DNA from: Candidatus Bipolaricaulota bacterium
GTDB taxonomy: Bacteria > Bipolaricaulota > Bipolaricaulia > UBA7950 > UBA9294
Assembly: GCA_026390345.1 (NCBI GenBank)
Contig: JAPLGD010000037.1
Location: 1-60,099, forward strand
DNA: 60,099 bases
Reading direction: 5' to 3'
The translations under genes were made by a program, and so were the position numbers. Shown one piece after another: positions 37,618 to 46,780 of this stretch. The notes beneath the pieces are model-generated. The model worked only from the letters and a program-made list of their open reading frames with translations. It searched no databases and was not told where the DNA came from. The first letter of the stretch is position 1. Every line of letters starts with the position of its first letter.

Positions 37618-37649
37618 CTTATAGCATATTCGCAAACCCTTTCGCAAAC
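37618..37649 (-). promoter_or_regulatory. Promoter of the acyl-CoA synthetase operon with tandem TTCGCAAAC direct repeats
   Basis: TTGCGA-18 bp-TATAAG with extended TG. TTCGCAAAC at 37629 and 37641 overlaps the -35/spacer. Confidence 0.55.
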
Positions 37650-37660
37650 AGGAGATTCCG

Positions 37661-38416
37661 ATGAATGCATCCGTCGTGTTGTCCGTTGCGGCCTCCAAAC
37701 GACTCATCGCGCGCGGTGTCGCCGCGCATCCGAGCGTGCAGCGCGCGATGCGCAGCGGGCGCATCGTCATCGGCCGCGGCACGACGAACGCCTTCGTCGC
37801 CGAAGAGCTGTTGGGCGCGCCGATCGACCGCGGCGCCTACGCCGCCGGGTTCATCGACACCCGATGGAACATCAACAAGCGCGTTGGCGAAACGGCGGAG
37901 ATCATTCTCGAGCGCGGCCGCCCGTTCACCGGAGATCCCGATCAAGCTCTCGCCTCCCTGGGCGCCGGGGACGTCGTGATCAAAGGGGGCAACGCCCTCG
38001 ACCCGTGGGGCATCGTCGGTGTCCTCTTGGCTTCGAATAGCGGGGGCACCGTCGGACGCTACATCCCCTCGGCCGTGGCCCGAGGCGCCGATATCGTGAT
38101 CCCGATCAGCCTGTCGAAGTCGATTCACTCGTCGGTCGTCGAGCTGTCTCAAGAGATGGGGTCTGGCCGAGTCGCTCTCCATGCGGGGCTCGCGTGCGGC
38201 CTCTTTCCCCTCCACGGCCAGGTTGTGACGGAGATCGAGGCGATGCGGCTCCTGGCGGATGTGGACGCAATCCACGTCGCATCGAACGGCGTGGGCGCCG
38301 GCCATGGGAGCGTTTCACTCCTCCTCACTGGGGAGGAGGACGATGTAGGGCGGGCGTTCGCCCTGGCCGAGGAGCTCGCCGGCGAGGCGGACGTGGAACT
38401 CGCCGGGAGGATATGA
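37661..38416 (+). CDS. Conserved hypothetical protein (possible NagB/RpiA/CoA-transferase-like fold)
   Basis: SKRLIARGV, GTTNAFVAEEL, DVVIKGGNALD, GGTVG. RBS AGGAG. Function unknown. Confidence 0.7.
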   Translation: MNASVVLSVAASKRLIARGVAAHPSVQRAMRSGRIVIGRGTTNAFVAEELLGAPIDRGAYAAGFIDTRWNINKRVGETAEIILERGRPFTGDPDQALASLGAGDVVIKGGNALDPWGIVGVLLASNSGGTVGRYIPSAVARGADIVIPISLSKSIHSSVVELSQEMGSGRVALHAGLACGLFPLHGQVVTEIEAMRLLADVDAIHVASNGVGAGHGSVSLLLTGEEDDVGRAFALAEELAGEADVELAGRI

Positions 38417-39024
38417 AGGACGCGTTCCGAACCCTGGCCGCCCCGGCCTCGGCGAAGCTCGTGCGGCAACGCTCGCGGTTCATCGCCCTTCTCGAGCCGA
38501 TCGCAAGCGCCGAGGCCGTTCGCGTCCGGCTGTCGCACATCCGCAGGACGTACCACGACGCGTCGCACTGTTGCTCTGCGTTTCGCCTCGTCGCCGATCC
38601 GGCTCCGTCGGGGGTCTCCGACGACGACGGAGAACCCGCCGGGTCAGCGGGGATCCCAATCCTTCTCCAGCTCGAAGGCGCACGCCTAGAGAACGTCCTC
38701 GGGGTCGTCGTTCGCTACTTCGGAGGCGTGAAACTGGGCGTCGGCGGGCTCGCCCGAGCCTATTCCGATGCCATCGCAGCGGCCCTCGCAGGCGCCTCGA
38801 TCGTCGAGCGCACTGTCACGATCGAGCTTGTCGTCCGGTTTCCCCTCGAGGTGAACGCCGGAGTGATGAGCGCCATTCACCATCACGAAGCGAAGATCCT
38901 CGACATCCGCTACGATACCGAGGGTCAGGCCGTCGTCGCCCTGGCCCCGAGCCGCGCGGAAGCGTTTCGGCGCTCGGTCACGGAGGGGACGGGAGCACAG
39001 GCCCGCATGGAGGTGAGGTCGTGA
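38413..39024 (+). CDS. yigZ: YigZ/IMPACT family protein
   Basis: RSRFIA, DASHCCSAF, DDGEPAGSAG, VVVRYFGGVKLGVGGLARAY. Confidence 0.93.
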   Translation: MKDAFRTLAAPASAKLVRQRSRFIALLEPIASAEAVRVRLSHIRRTYHDASHCCSAFRLVADPAPSGVSDDDGEPAGSAGIPILLQLEGARLENVLGVVVRYFGGVKLGVGGLARAYSDAIAAALAGASIVERTVTIELVVRFPLEVNAGVMSAIHHHEAKILDIRYDTEGQAVVALAPSRAEAFRRSVTEGTGAQARMEVRS

Positions 39025-39611
39025 TCGACTCGGTCAGCGGGGACGTTGCCCGCAAGGGAACTGACTTCGTCGTCGTCGACGTGGGGGGAGTCGCCTACCA
39101 GGCCTCCTGCTCGGCGGACACGGTGCGGGGTTGCGAGGTCGGACACCCCGCGTTCCTTTACATCCACCTCGTGTTGCGCGAAGACACAATCCACTTGTTT
39201 GGGTTCTCGACGCTCCGTGAGCGGGAGCTGTTCCGCCTTCTCCTGACAGTCGGGCAGGTCGGGCCGAAGCTCGCCATCCAGATCCTGTCGACGCTCCCTC
39301 CTCAAGAGCTCGTGACGGCGATCGCAGGACGCGACATCGAGCGCCTGACGACCGTCAAGGGAGTCGGCCGGAAGACGGCGGAGCGGATCCTCGTCGACCT
39401 GCGGGACAAGATCGCAGGACCCGGAGACGAAGGCATCGACGCATTCCTTCTCAGCTCCGACGAGGAGACCGCGCTGCGGGCTCTGACCTCCCGGTCCCTT
39501 GGGTTCTCGGCGCGGGAAGCGCGAGAGGCGTTGGGGCGGCTGCGTACGGAGCGGCTGCCGGCCGAGACTCTCGTTCGGCGGGCGCTCGAGATCCTAGGAA
39601 CACGGGGATGA
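39021..39611 (+). CDS. ruvA: Holliday junction branch migration protein
   Basis: VDVGGVAY, REDTIHLFGF, LLTVGQVGPKLA, VKGVGRKTAERI..DLRDK. Confidence 0.95.
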   Translation: MIDSVSGDVARKGTDFVVVDVGGVAYQASCSADTVRGCEVGHPAFLYIHLVLREDTIHLFGFSTLRERELFRLLLTVGQVGPKLAIQILSTLPPQELVTAIAGRDIERLTTVKGVGRKTAERILVDLRDKIAGPGDEGIDAFLLSSDEETALRALTSRSLGFSAREAREALGRLRTERLPAETLVRRALEILGTRG

Positions 39612-40030
39612 GGGTTCTCGGCATCGACTACGGCCGCAAGCGCATCGGGCTGGCCCGCAGCGACGAGGGCGGCGTCCTCGCAAGTCCCCTTCCGGTCTAC
39701 ACGCGAAGCGGACGCGCCGCGGACGACCTCGATCGGCTCGTCCACCTCATCAGGGAACAGGACGTGGCGAAGATCGTGATCGGATGGCCGCTCCACATGA
39801 ACGGCACGGAAGGGGAGATGGCCGGTGAGGTTCGCGCGTTGGCCCAGGAGCTGTGCGCTCGGACGGGACTGTCCGTGGAGTTGTTCGATGAACGGTGGAC
39901 GTCGACTCAGGCCGAAGACGCCCTGATCGCCGGCAACGTGTCGCGCCACCGCAGACGAAATCTGCGTGACGGTTTGGCCGCGACGCTCATCCTGCAGGGA
40001 TTCCTCGACAAAGAGCGAGCGGCCGAGTAG
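39608..40030 (+). CDS. ruvX: YqgF/RuvX RNase H-like nuclease
   Basis: LGIDYGRKRIGLA, IVIGWP, DERWTS, AATLILQ. Confidence 0.95.
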   Translation: MRVLGIDYGRKRIGLARSDEGGVLASPLPVYTRSGRAADDLDRLVHLIREQDVAKIVIGWPLHMNGTEGEMAGEVRALAQELCARTGLSVELFDERWTSTQAEDALIAGNVSRHRRRNLRDGLAATLILQGFLDKERAAE

Positions 40031-40033
40031 CCG

Positions 40034-40207
40034 TCAGCTTCTTCGCTTCTCTTCCCGCTCCAGGTACTCGATGATCGCTTCAACAACCAGGTAGTTGACC
40101 GAACGGTCCTTCATCTCAGCCAGCTTCATCAGCCGCTCGACGGGACGTTGCTCCATCTTGTTCTTGGGTACGTAGATCGAGATCTTGTCTAGTAGTTGCT
40201 TGGGCAC
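40034..40207 (-). CDS. Ribbon-helix-helix (Arc/CopG-like) DNA-binding protein
   Basis: KISIYVP ... LMKLA...DRSVNYLVVEAIIEYLE. GTG after GAGGGGGGAG. Confidence 0.8.
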   Translation of the reverse strand: MPKQLLDKISIYVPKNKMEQRPVERLMKLAEMKDRSVNYLVVEAIIEYLEREEKRRS

Positions 40208-40243
40208 GGAGACTCCCCCCTCTTTCGGCAATTTCCAGGTGGT

Positions 40244-40272
40244 ATTGTAACAGCATTAGCTAGGAATGGCAA
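40244..40272 (-). promoter_or_regulatory. sigma70-type promoter of the RHH gene (-35 inside the prfB 3' end)
   Basis: TTGCCA-17 bp-TACAAT with extended TG. Confidence 0.7.
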
Positions 40273-41391
40273 CCCTCCGACCCAGCAGGTCTCGATTGCC
40301 GATAGCCGGGCGCCGACGTCTGGAGGTAGGCTTCCACGAAGGGCACGAGGTTTCCATCGAGAACGTCGTCGACGTTACCCGTTTCTAGCAGGGTCCGATG
40401 ATCCTTGGCCAGGCGGTAGGGGTGGAGAACGTAGGATCGAATCTGACTTCCCCATTCGTTCTCCTTTCGCTCTCCCTGAAGCTCGTCCAACCTCTCGGCC
40501 CGCTCCTTGGCGAGTCTCTCGACCAAGTGAGCGGTCAGGATGCGCATGGCCGTCTCCTTGTTTTGATGCTGGCTGCGCTCGTTTTGGCAACATGCAACGA
40601 TTCCCGTGGGGAGGTGAGTGATTCGGACAGCGGAGTCGGTGACGTTCACGTGCTGTCCGCCCGCTCCCGACGAACGGTACGTGTCGATCCGGAGGTCTTT
40701 CGGGTCGATCTCCAGTGCCACCTCCGCAATCTCCGGAACGACGGACACTGCAGCGAACGAGGTGTGGCGCCGGTGCGCCGCGTCGTACGGAGAGAGCCGG
40801 ACTAAGCGATGAACACCCGCTTCTCCTTTCAGGTTGCCGTACGCGTACTTCCCCTTCACTTCCAGGGTGGCGCTGCGGATTCCGGCGGTGTCTCCCGCGC
40901 TCACTTCGAGCAGCGCCGCGGAGAAGCCCATTCGCTCGCAGAAGCGGCCATACATCCGCAGGAGCATCTCGGCCCAGTCCTGAGAGTCCGTCCCCCCCGC
41001 GCCCGCGTTGATCGACATGTAGCAGTCCGACGCGTCGTGCTCCCCCGAGAACATGAGCTCAATTCTGAACCGCCGCAGCGCCCCGTCAAGCGCCGCAGCA
41101 CGCCGCCCAAGCGAGCCAAGCTCGGCCTCATCCCCAGCCTCGACGGCCATGCCGTAGAGGACTTCGATCTCGCCCAGCTCCTGCTCCGCCGTACGAAGCC
41201 GCGCGAGCAGTCCCCGTTGACGCTCGAGAGTGCGAGCCGCTTCCGCCGAGACCTCGCGGTGCTCCCAGAAGCCGGGTACGGACATCCTCGCTTCCAGCGA
41301 GCCAATCTCCCGCTCGAGTGCGGGGCGGTCAAAGGTGCTCACCGATCTTCGAGAGATCGTGTCGTAGATTGGCGATGGTCTCCTGATCCAT
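40260..41391 (-). CDS. prfB: Peptide chain release factor 2 with programmed +1 frameshift
   Basis: MDQETIANLRHDLSKIGEHL-(CTT TGA C)-DRPALE..., SPY tripeptide, GAGGQ. Length is 1132 nt = 3n+1. Confidence 0.95.
41328..41343 (-). promoter_or_regulatory. RF2 +1 ribosomal frameshift site
   Basis: Internal SD-like GGTGAG, then CAC, then CTT TGA C (41334-41328). Confidence 0.9.
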
Positions 41392-41597
41392 GATCCTCCC
41401 GGACGGAAGTCAGACTGGAACGGAGCGTTTATAAGCCTGATTGCGAACTTCCTCAAGGTCCGCCGTCACCCCGCCCACGGAACGAGCCTCGACGAGCTCG
41501 GAGCAGGTCGAGCTCTTGTCGCAGAACCTGGATCGTGGAAGATGGATGCGTCAGACATCGCGGAGTCGAGGCTCAAGTCGACAAGGAGGATGGATCC

Positions 41598-41849
41598 GTG
41601 GAGAAGACAACCCGAACCGAGGAACTCAAGATCACGGGTGAAGAACTGGTGGCCACGGTCAAGGAGCTCGTCCGTCAGGGCAACATCCGACGGATCACGG
41701 TCAAGAACCGCGAAGGGAAGACGCTGGTCGAGATCCCCCTCACGCTCGGAGTCGTCGGGACGTTGCTGATTCCCACGCTCGCGGCGCTCGGCGCCGTGGC
41801 AGCCCTGGTCGCCGAGTGTAGCATCGTGGTCGAGCGGATCGAAGACTGA
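41598..41849 (+). CDS. DUF4342-domain protein
   Basis: GEELVATVKELVRQGNIRRITVK...EIPLTLGVVG. GTG after AAGGAGG. Confidence 0.85.
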   Translation: MEKTTRTEELKITGEELVATVKELVRQGNIRRITVKNREGKTLVEIPLTLGVVGTLLIPTLAALGAVAALVAECSIVVERIED

Positions 41850-41872
41850 GCGGCTCCCGCGAAGGAGGATTC

Positions 41873-42178
41873 GTGCCCCAGTACCTCTATCGGATTCGCC
41901 CGGCACGCTCGGAGTTCTACGACGCTCCGACTCCGGAGGAGAGCCGCGCCGTCGACCTGCACTTCCTCTACCTGAAGCGGGCAGCAGAGGAGGGAACGGT
42001 CATCCTGGCCGGACGGACGCTGAACGAGGACGAGGCGGGATTCGGGATCGTCATCTTCACCGTGGCCTCCGAGCAGGAGGCGCGACGGTTCGCCGATGAA
42101 GACCCGGCCGTGCAGGTCGGCGTCTTTCGAATGGATCTCTTTCCCTTTCGCGTCGCTCTCGCGCCACCGCGCTCCTAG
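41873..42178 (+). CDS. YciI-family protein
   Basis: HFLYLKR, LAGRT, GIVIF, ARRFADEDPAV..G. Confidence 0.82.
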   Translation: MPQYLYRIRPARSEFYDAPTPEESRAVDLHFLYLKRAAEEGTVILAGRTLNEDEAGFGIVIFTVASEQEARRFADEDPAVQVGVFRMDLFPFRVALAPPRS

Positions 42179-43149
42179 CCGCCGACGTTGTCGATCACGA
42201 ACCGGATCTGATCGTAGCTCGCTCCGGGAGCGGCGTCGTACGTCGTCAGGGTCACGATGACCGTCTCGCCTTCGGGACGATCGGTCCACGGGGCATGGTA
42301 GATCGGCTCTAGCGTGTCTGCGCCCTCGAACCACCCTTTCGTGGCCGACCAGACGTAGCAGACGGATGAACACGCCGGATTCGCGATCCTGGCTCCCAGA
42401 CGCACGCTCGTTCCCTCCGCGACGTGGCGCTCAAACTGCCGTATGATCATCGGCCTCGGGCGATCGCCCACGGCAAGCGGCACCGACGGCTCCGGCCACG
42501 CGGAGTCCCACGCCGGCCCACACCCCTGGCTACAACGGCAAGCGACCGGGACCTGGTTGCAGGTAGGCGCAGCGGGGGCCTGCGACACGCAGGGGCTGCT
42601 GCACGGGACGTCTGGTTTCGGGCAGTGGTCGACGGGAGCCTGGGTGGTGCAGCACCGGACGACGGCGGGAGGCGAGCCGCAGGTCGTTCGAGGGGACGGA
42701 CAGGCCAACAGGTCGCGGACGTGGAGTGTCATCCGATCGCTCACGGAGACACCGTCTCGGCCCGACACCGTGAGCGTTAGGGTCACGCAGTCTTCGCAGT
42801 CGCACGCCGACGGAGCCGTGTAGGAGGCGTTGAGCGCGTGGGGATCGCTGAAGAAGCCGAGGCTCGGCTCCGCCGTCCACTGGACGGTCACCGGCCCGCC
42901 GGCCGAGTCGTAGCCGACTCCGGCGAGCCGCACGATCTCCCGCTCACCGACCGTCACGTCGGTTCCCGCGTCGACCACCAAGGACGAACGCCCCGCACCC
43001 GCATAGCTTTGTGCGGTCGACTCACTCGCCGTCCCCTGGGTGGCCGACGGCTGGGGCTCGACCGCCGGCGTGGGCGCCGGGGCGAGAAAGAGGACGGCCA
43101 GGGCGATGCCCACCGCCACGAGAACGAGAAGCAGCGTGCTGCTATTCAT
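42175..43149 (-). CDS. Secreted Cys-rich protein with two PKD/REJ-like repeats
   Basis: Signal/TM; repeats DAGTDVTVGE...WTA...YTAP...TLTV and VAEG...WSA...YHAP...TLTT flank a Cys/Pro linker; 16 Cys. Confidence 0.7.
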   Translation of the reverse strand: MNSSTLLLVLVAVGIALAVLFLAPAPTPAVEPQPSATQGTASESTAQSYAGAGRSSLVVDAGTDVTVGEREIVRLAGVGYDSAGGPVTVQWTAEPSLGFFSDPHALNASYTAPSACDCEDCVTLTLTVSGRDGVSVSDRMTLHVRDLLACPSPRTTCGSPPAVVRCCTTQAPVDHCPKPDVPCSSPCVSQAPAAPTCNQVPVACRCSQGCGPAWDSAWPEPSVPLAVGDRPRPMIIRQFERHVAEGTSVRLGARIANPACSSVCYVWSATKGWFEGADTLEPIYHAPWTDRPEGETVIVTLTTYDAAPGASYDQIRFVIDNVGG

Positions 43150-43392
43150 TGGATCGCACCTCCCGCCGTTTCGCTTGGAGGCCGTGAGGTCGACCTTCAT
43201 CTCGACGGTACCCCAGCCTCGAAGCGCGTCCAGCCTATCGTTTCGTGCACGGCGAAGTCAAACCGCTCGTTCCCAAGCGCGGTTCACGTCCGGCATTCGC
43301 GTCCGACGACGCCGAGCGGCCCTCGAATCTTCGGAGCGGCGTTGCGCAGCCTCGGCTCAGCCACTAGAGTGACGGCGAGGTGGTCCATGACC

Positions 43393-44229
43393 ATGGCCGG
43401 CCGTCTGTACGTCGTCGCTCTCCCAATCGGCAACCTGGCGGATATCACCCTGCGAGCCCTCGAGACGCTGAGGTCCGTCGACTTCATCGTCGCCGAAGAC
43501 ACGCGCATGACGCGCAGGATTCTCGATCGCTACGAGATCCGAACGCCGTTTCACTCAAGCTTCTACCAGGGGGTGGAAGACGAGCGGGCGGAGGAGCTCG
43601 TGAGCCTCCTTCGGGAGGGGAAGAACCTGGCGCTCGTCAGCGACGCCGGAACTCCCCTGGTCAGCGACCCGGGATTCCCCCTTGTTCGCGCCGCCGTTCT
43701 AGCTGGGGTCGCTGTGGAACCGGTTCCCGGGGCCACCGCGGCCGTCGCAGGGCTTGTCGCATCGGGATTGCCGGCGGATCGATTCTGCTTCGATGGGGCG
43801 CTTCCTCGGAAGAGGAGTCATCGCGCCGAGTTCTTCTCGGGGCTCGTCCACGAAACCCGGACGACCGTGGTGTACGAGTCCCCACATCGTCTCTTCGAGA
43901 CCCTCGAGATCCTCGCGGACTCGCTCCCCCAACGACGCATTGTGCTCGCGCGGGAGCTGACGAAGCTTCACGAGGAGTTCCTCCGGGGAACCGCGGCCGA
44001 GGTTCTGAATGTCTTGCGAGCGCGCGGCGAGGTTCGAGGGGAATGCGTCCTCATCATTGGCGGGGGCGCGCCGCGCGATGCGGACATGGACGAGGAAGCG
44101 GCGCAATCCGTCCTGTCCGCGCTCGAGGCCGAAGGCCTGTCGAAGGCCGCGATGCAGAGGATCCTCCAAGTCGTTGGAGGTCTCCCGCGGAACCGCGCCT
44201 ACACCCTCGTCCACCGCTCCTCGGACTAG
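43393..44229 (+). CDS. rsmI: 16S rRNA C1402 2'-O-methyltransferase
   Basis: PIGNLADITLRAL..L..VD.I.AEDTR, VSDAGTPLVSDPG, YESPHR, ARELTKLHEE. Confidence 0.95.
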   Translation: MAGRLYVVALPIGNLADITLRALETLRSVDFIVAEDTRMTRRILDRYEIRTPFHSSFYQGVEDERAEELVSLLREGKNLALVSDAGTPLVSDPGFPLVRAAVLAGVAVEPVPGATAAVAGLVASGLPADRFCFDGALPRKRSHRAEFFSGLVHETRTTVVYESPHRLFETLEILADSLPQRRIVLARELTKLHEEFLRGTAAEVLNVLRARGEVRGECVLIIGGGAPRDADMDEEAAQSVLSALEAEGLSKAAMQRILQVVGGLPRNRAYTLVHRSSD

Positions 44230-44699
44230 GTGTGCTTGTCGGCCACCGCGGAGGCGGCGTAGGCGTGCGGCTTGATTCGCACGGCAAACCCGTTCCCGAT
44301 GATCATCCCGACGACCTCGTCGATCATCTCTTTCGTACGGCCGTTCTCGCCGATGTCGACGTGGATCTCGAGGTTGTAGTGGAGGAGGGAGACCGCCGGC
44401 AGCCGACCGATCAGTCGCTGTGCCAGCTCAAACGACAGCCATGCCTCCCGCCAGATTCGCTGGCGGAGGGATGACATGGCGCGCTCGCGTCGGCGCGTCC
44501 AGAAGTACCGTCCTCCCTTTCCCACTCGGTGGAGGACGATCGCGCTCACGAAGTCGAGCCGGTCGACCGTGGTGGAGGAGTCGGTGCCGATCAGGATCTC
44601 GAACCGATCCTTCGGGTTCGAGCTCATCTCCGCCACGAGCTCGTCTACGACCTCGTCAAACGTCATCTCCCCACGGTGGGGGTTATAGAACGTGGACAT
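44226..44699 (-). CDS. RNase H-like YkuK family protein
   Basis: ILIGTDS, AIVLHRVGKGG, RIWREA..S, LEIHVDIG.NG.T, IKPHAYAASAVADKHT. Confidence 0.88.
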   Translation of the reverse strand: MSTFYNPHRGEMTFDEVVDELVAEMSSNPKDRFEILIGTDSSTTVDRLDFVSAIVLHRVGKGGRYFWTRRRERAMSSLRQRIWREAWLSFELAQRLIGRLPAVSLLHYNLEIHVDIGENGRTKEMIDEVVGMIIGNGFAVRIKPHAYAASAVADKHT

Positions 44700-44730
44700 A
44701 TTCCATGCTAACCCGGCGATCGGCCTGGGT

Positions 44731-46095
44731 TCAAGCCGTCGGCAGCCGGAATGTGAACCGAGCCCCGCCCGTACGGTTGTTCTCCGCCCAGATCCGCCCA
44801 CCGTGTGCCTCGACCCATTGGCGGGCAATGGCCAAGCCGAGGCCGCTCCCGCCCGATCGGTTGCGAGCCGGATCCCCGCGGTAGAACCGCTCGAACACGC
44901 GCGGCAGGTCCTCCGGCGAGATCCCGGGCCCGGAGTCGGAGACGTGGACTTCGACTTCGCCTTCGGCACCGTGAATGGAGATCTCGATTCGCCCGCTCGT
45001 CGGGGTGTAGCGAAGCGCATTGCTCAGGAGGTTCGCGATCACCTGCCGAATTCGTTTCGGATCGACAGGAATCGGGCCAAGTTCCTCCTCCGCGATGACT
45101 TCGACATTCGGCGCTTCGTCCATCGACGGGACCGCGGCCTCGACGACCTGCCGCACGAGTTGCCCGATATCCGTCTGCTCCTTCAACAGCCGAAGCTCGC
45201 CCGCTTCGGCCAACGCAAGGTCGCGGAGGTCGTCGATCAAACGGCCGAGATGTAGCGTCTCCTCGTAGATCGGAGCGATCGTCTGAGCGGTGGGCTCGTA
45301 GATCCCGTCCAGGATGGCCTCCAGCGTCCCCTGGATGATCGTGACGGGGGTGCGGAGCTCGTGGGCGATGTCCGCGGTCATGGTCTCGCGCAGCTTCTCC
45401 GAACGGCGGAGGTTGTCGACCATGCGGTCGAACGACTCGCCCAGCCCGCGAAACTCGTCCCGCGTTCGAAGTCGGACCTTGTCCGGCAGGACCCCTCGCG
45501 CAACCTGTTCCGTCACCGCGCCCAGCGTGCGGAGCGGAGACAGAATCTGCGCAATCAAGAAGAGGGCCAGGACGAGCGCCAGCAACGTGGCGATCCCTCC
45601 GCCCAGAAGCGCGGAGCGTCGGGCCGACGCCAAGATGGCGGCCTCGTCGGGGTCGACGAAGTCCAGGATGAGCAGGGTGCCCACTTGCACGCCGTTCACA
45701 TAGATCGGTCCGCGGTCAATCTCCGCCTGCGTGAGCCTCCTCCCAATGTCCGGCTTCGTGCTGAGGAACACCTTGCCTTCCTCATTCGCGAGGGACAGGG
45801 GAATGTTGTAGATGGCAACGATGTTTTCGACGACCTTCCCGTCCTCGTCCCGTCGGGTCTCCACCACGCGGTAGAAGAGGCGGTCCACACCTCGCCAGGA
45901 TCCGTTCTGCTCGTAGTACACCGAGAGCTGCCTGCTGAACAGCGTGAAGATCTCCTTCCTCTGCTGCTCGCGATATCGGTCGAACCGTTGTGTCACGGAG
46001 CGCTCCGTGAGGAAGTAGACGAGGGCGACGGAGAAGACGATTGTGATGAAGAAGGCGAGTCCGAGCTTGAAGGCGAGAGGGAAGCGGCGCTTCAT
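44731..46095 (-). CDS. HAMP sensor histidine kinase (BaeS-like)
   Basis: Two TMs, HAMP, DIAHELRTP, NLLSNALRY, DSGPGI, GSGLGL. Confidence 0.93.
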   Translation of the reverse strand: MKRRFPLAFKLGLAFFITIVFSVALVYFLTERSVTQRFDRYREQQRKEIFTLFSRQLSVYYEQNGSWRGVDRLFYRVVETRRDEDGKVVENIVAIYNIPLSLANEEGKVFLSTKPDIGRRLTQAEIDRGPIYVNGVQVGTLLILDFVDPDEAAILASARRSALLGGGIATLLALVLALFLIAQILSPLRTLGAVTEQVARGVLPDKVRLRTRDEFRGLGESFDRMVDNLRRSEKLRETMTADIAHELRTPVTIIQGTLEAILDGIYEPTAQTIAPIYEETLHLGRLIDDLRDLALAEAGELRLLKEQTDIGQLVRQVVEAAVPSMDEAPNVEVIAEEELGPIPVDPKRIRQVIANLLSNALRYTPTSGRIEISIHGAEGEVEVHVSDSGPGISPEDLPRVFERFYRGDPARNRSGGSGLGLAIARQWVEAHGGRIWAENNRTGGARFTFRLPTA

Positions 46096-46096
46096 G

Positions 46097-46780
46097 TCAG
46101 GGCTGCCGGGCAAAACGATACCCGACGCCGTGGACGGTCTGGATGTACTGCGGGTTCTTCGGGTCCTGCTCGGTCTTCCGCCGCAGGTTCTTCACGTGCG
46201 TGTCCACCGTGCGCGCGAACGAGTCGTACGTGTAACCTTGAACCTCGCGCAGCAGCTGGAGCCTCGTAAAGACCTGCCCCGGATGGTGGGCGAGGTACGT
46301 CAGGAGGTCGAACTCGGTCGGAGTCAGGTCAACCATCTCGCCCTTCACGCGCAGCTCCCGCGTCTTCAGGTCGATCGCCAGATCGCCGGCGAGAATGCGC
46401 TCCGCTTCCATCCCCTCACCCTCATAGCGGCGGAGGACGGCGCGGACCCGGGCCACAAGCTCCCGCGGGCTGAACGGCTTGACGACGTAGTCGTCCGCCC
46501 CAAGCTCAAGGCCCACGACGCGATCGGCTTCGGACGCCTTGGCGGTCAGCATGATGATCGGCACGGACGACTTGGCGCGGATCGCACGCGTCACTTCGAT
46601 CCCGCTCATCTTGGGAAGCATGAGGTCGAGGATGATCAGGTCGGGGCCCTTCTCCTCGAACGCCTGGAGCGCCGAAGTCCCGTCGAACGCCGTATACGTC
46701 TTGAAGCCTTCCCGATCAAGGTAGGCCTTGACGGTTCTCACAATCATCTCTTCGTCGTCCACAATCAGGATGCGCTTCAT
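46097..46780 (-). CDS. OmpR-family response regulator
   Basis: ILIVDDE, LDLMLP, MLTAK, GADDYVVKPF, LTPTEF, TVHGVGY. -10 TATAAT at 46796-46791. Confidence 0.95.
   Translation of the reverse strand: MKRILIVDDEEMIVRTVKAYLDREGFKTYTAFDGTSALQAFEEKGPDLIILDLMLPKMSGIEVTRAIRAKSSVPIIMLTAKASEADRVVGLELGADDYVVKPFSPRELVARVRAVLRRYEGEGMEAERILAGDLAIDLKTRELRVKGEMVDLTPTEFDLLTYLAHHPGQVFTRLQLLREVQGYTYDSFARTVDTHVKNLRRKTEQDPKNPQYIQTVHGVGYRFARQP

Noticed and set aside
37625-37655. c-di-GMP-I riboswitch suggested by GCAAAC motifs
   Set aside because: It lacks the GNRA tetraloop/receptor stems and the second hairpin. It is better read as a DNA direct repeat in a promoter.
40260-41456. 398-aa RF2 with start at 41456
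   Set aside because: The N-terminal 40 aa are an artefact. The true gene starts at ATG 41391 in another frame and uses the CTT TGA C shift.
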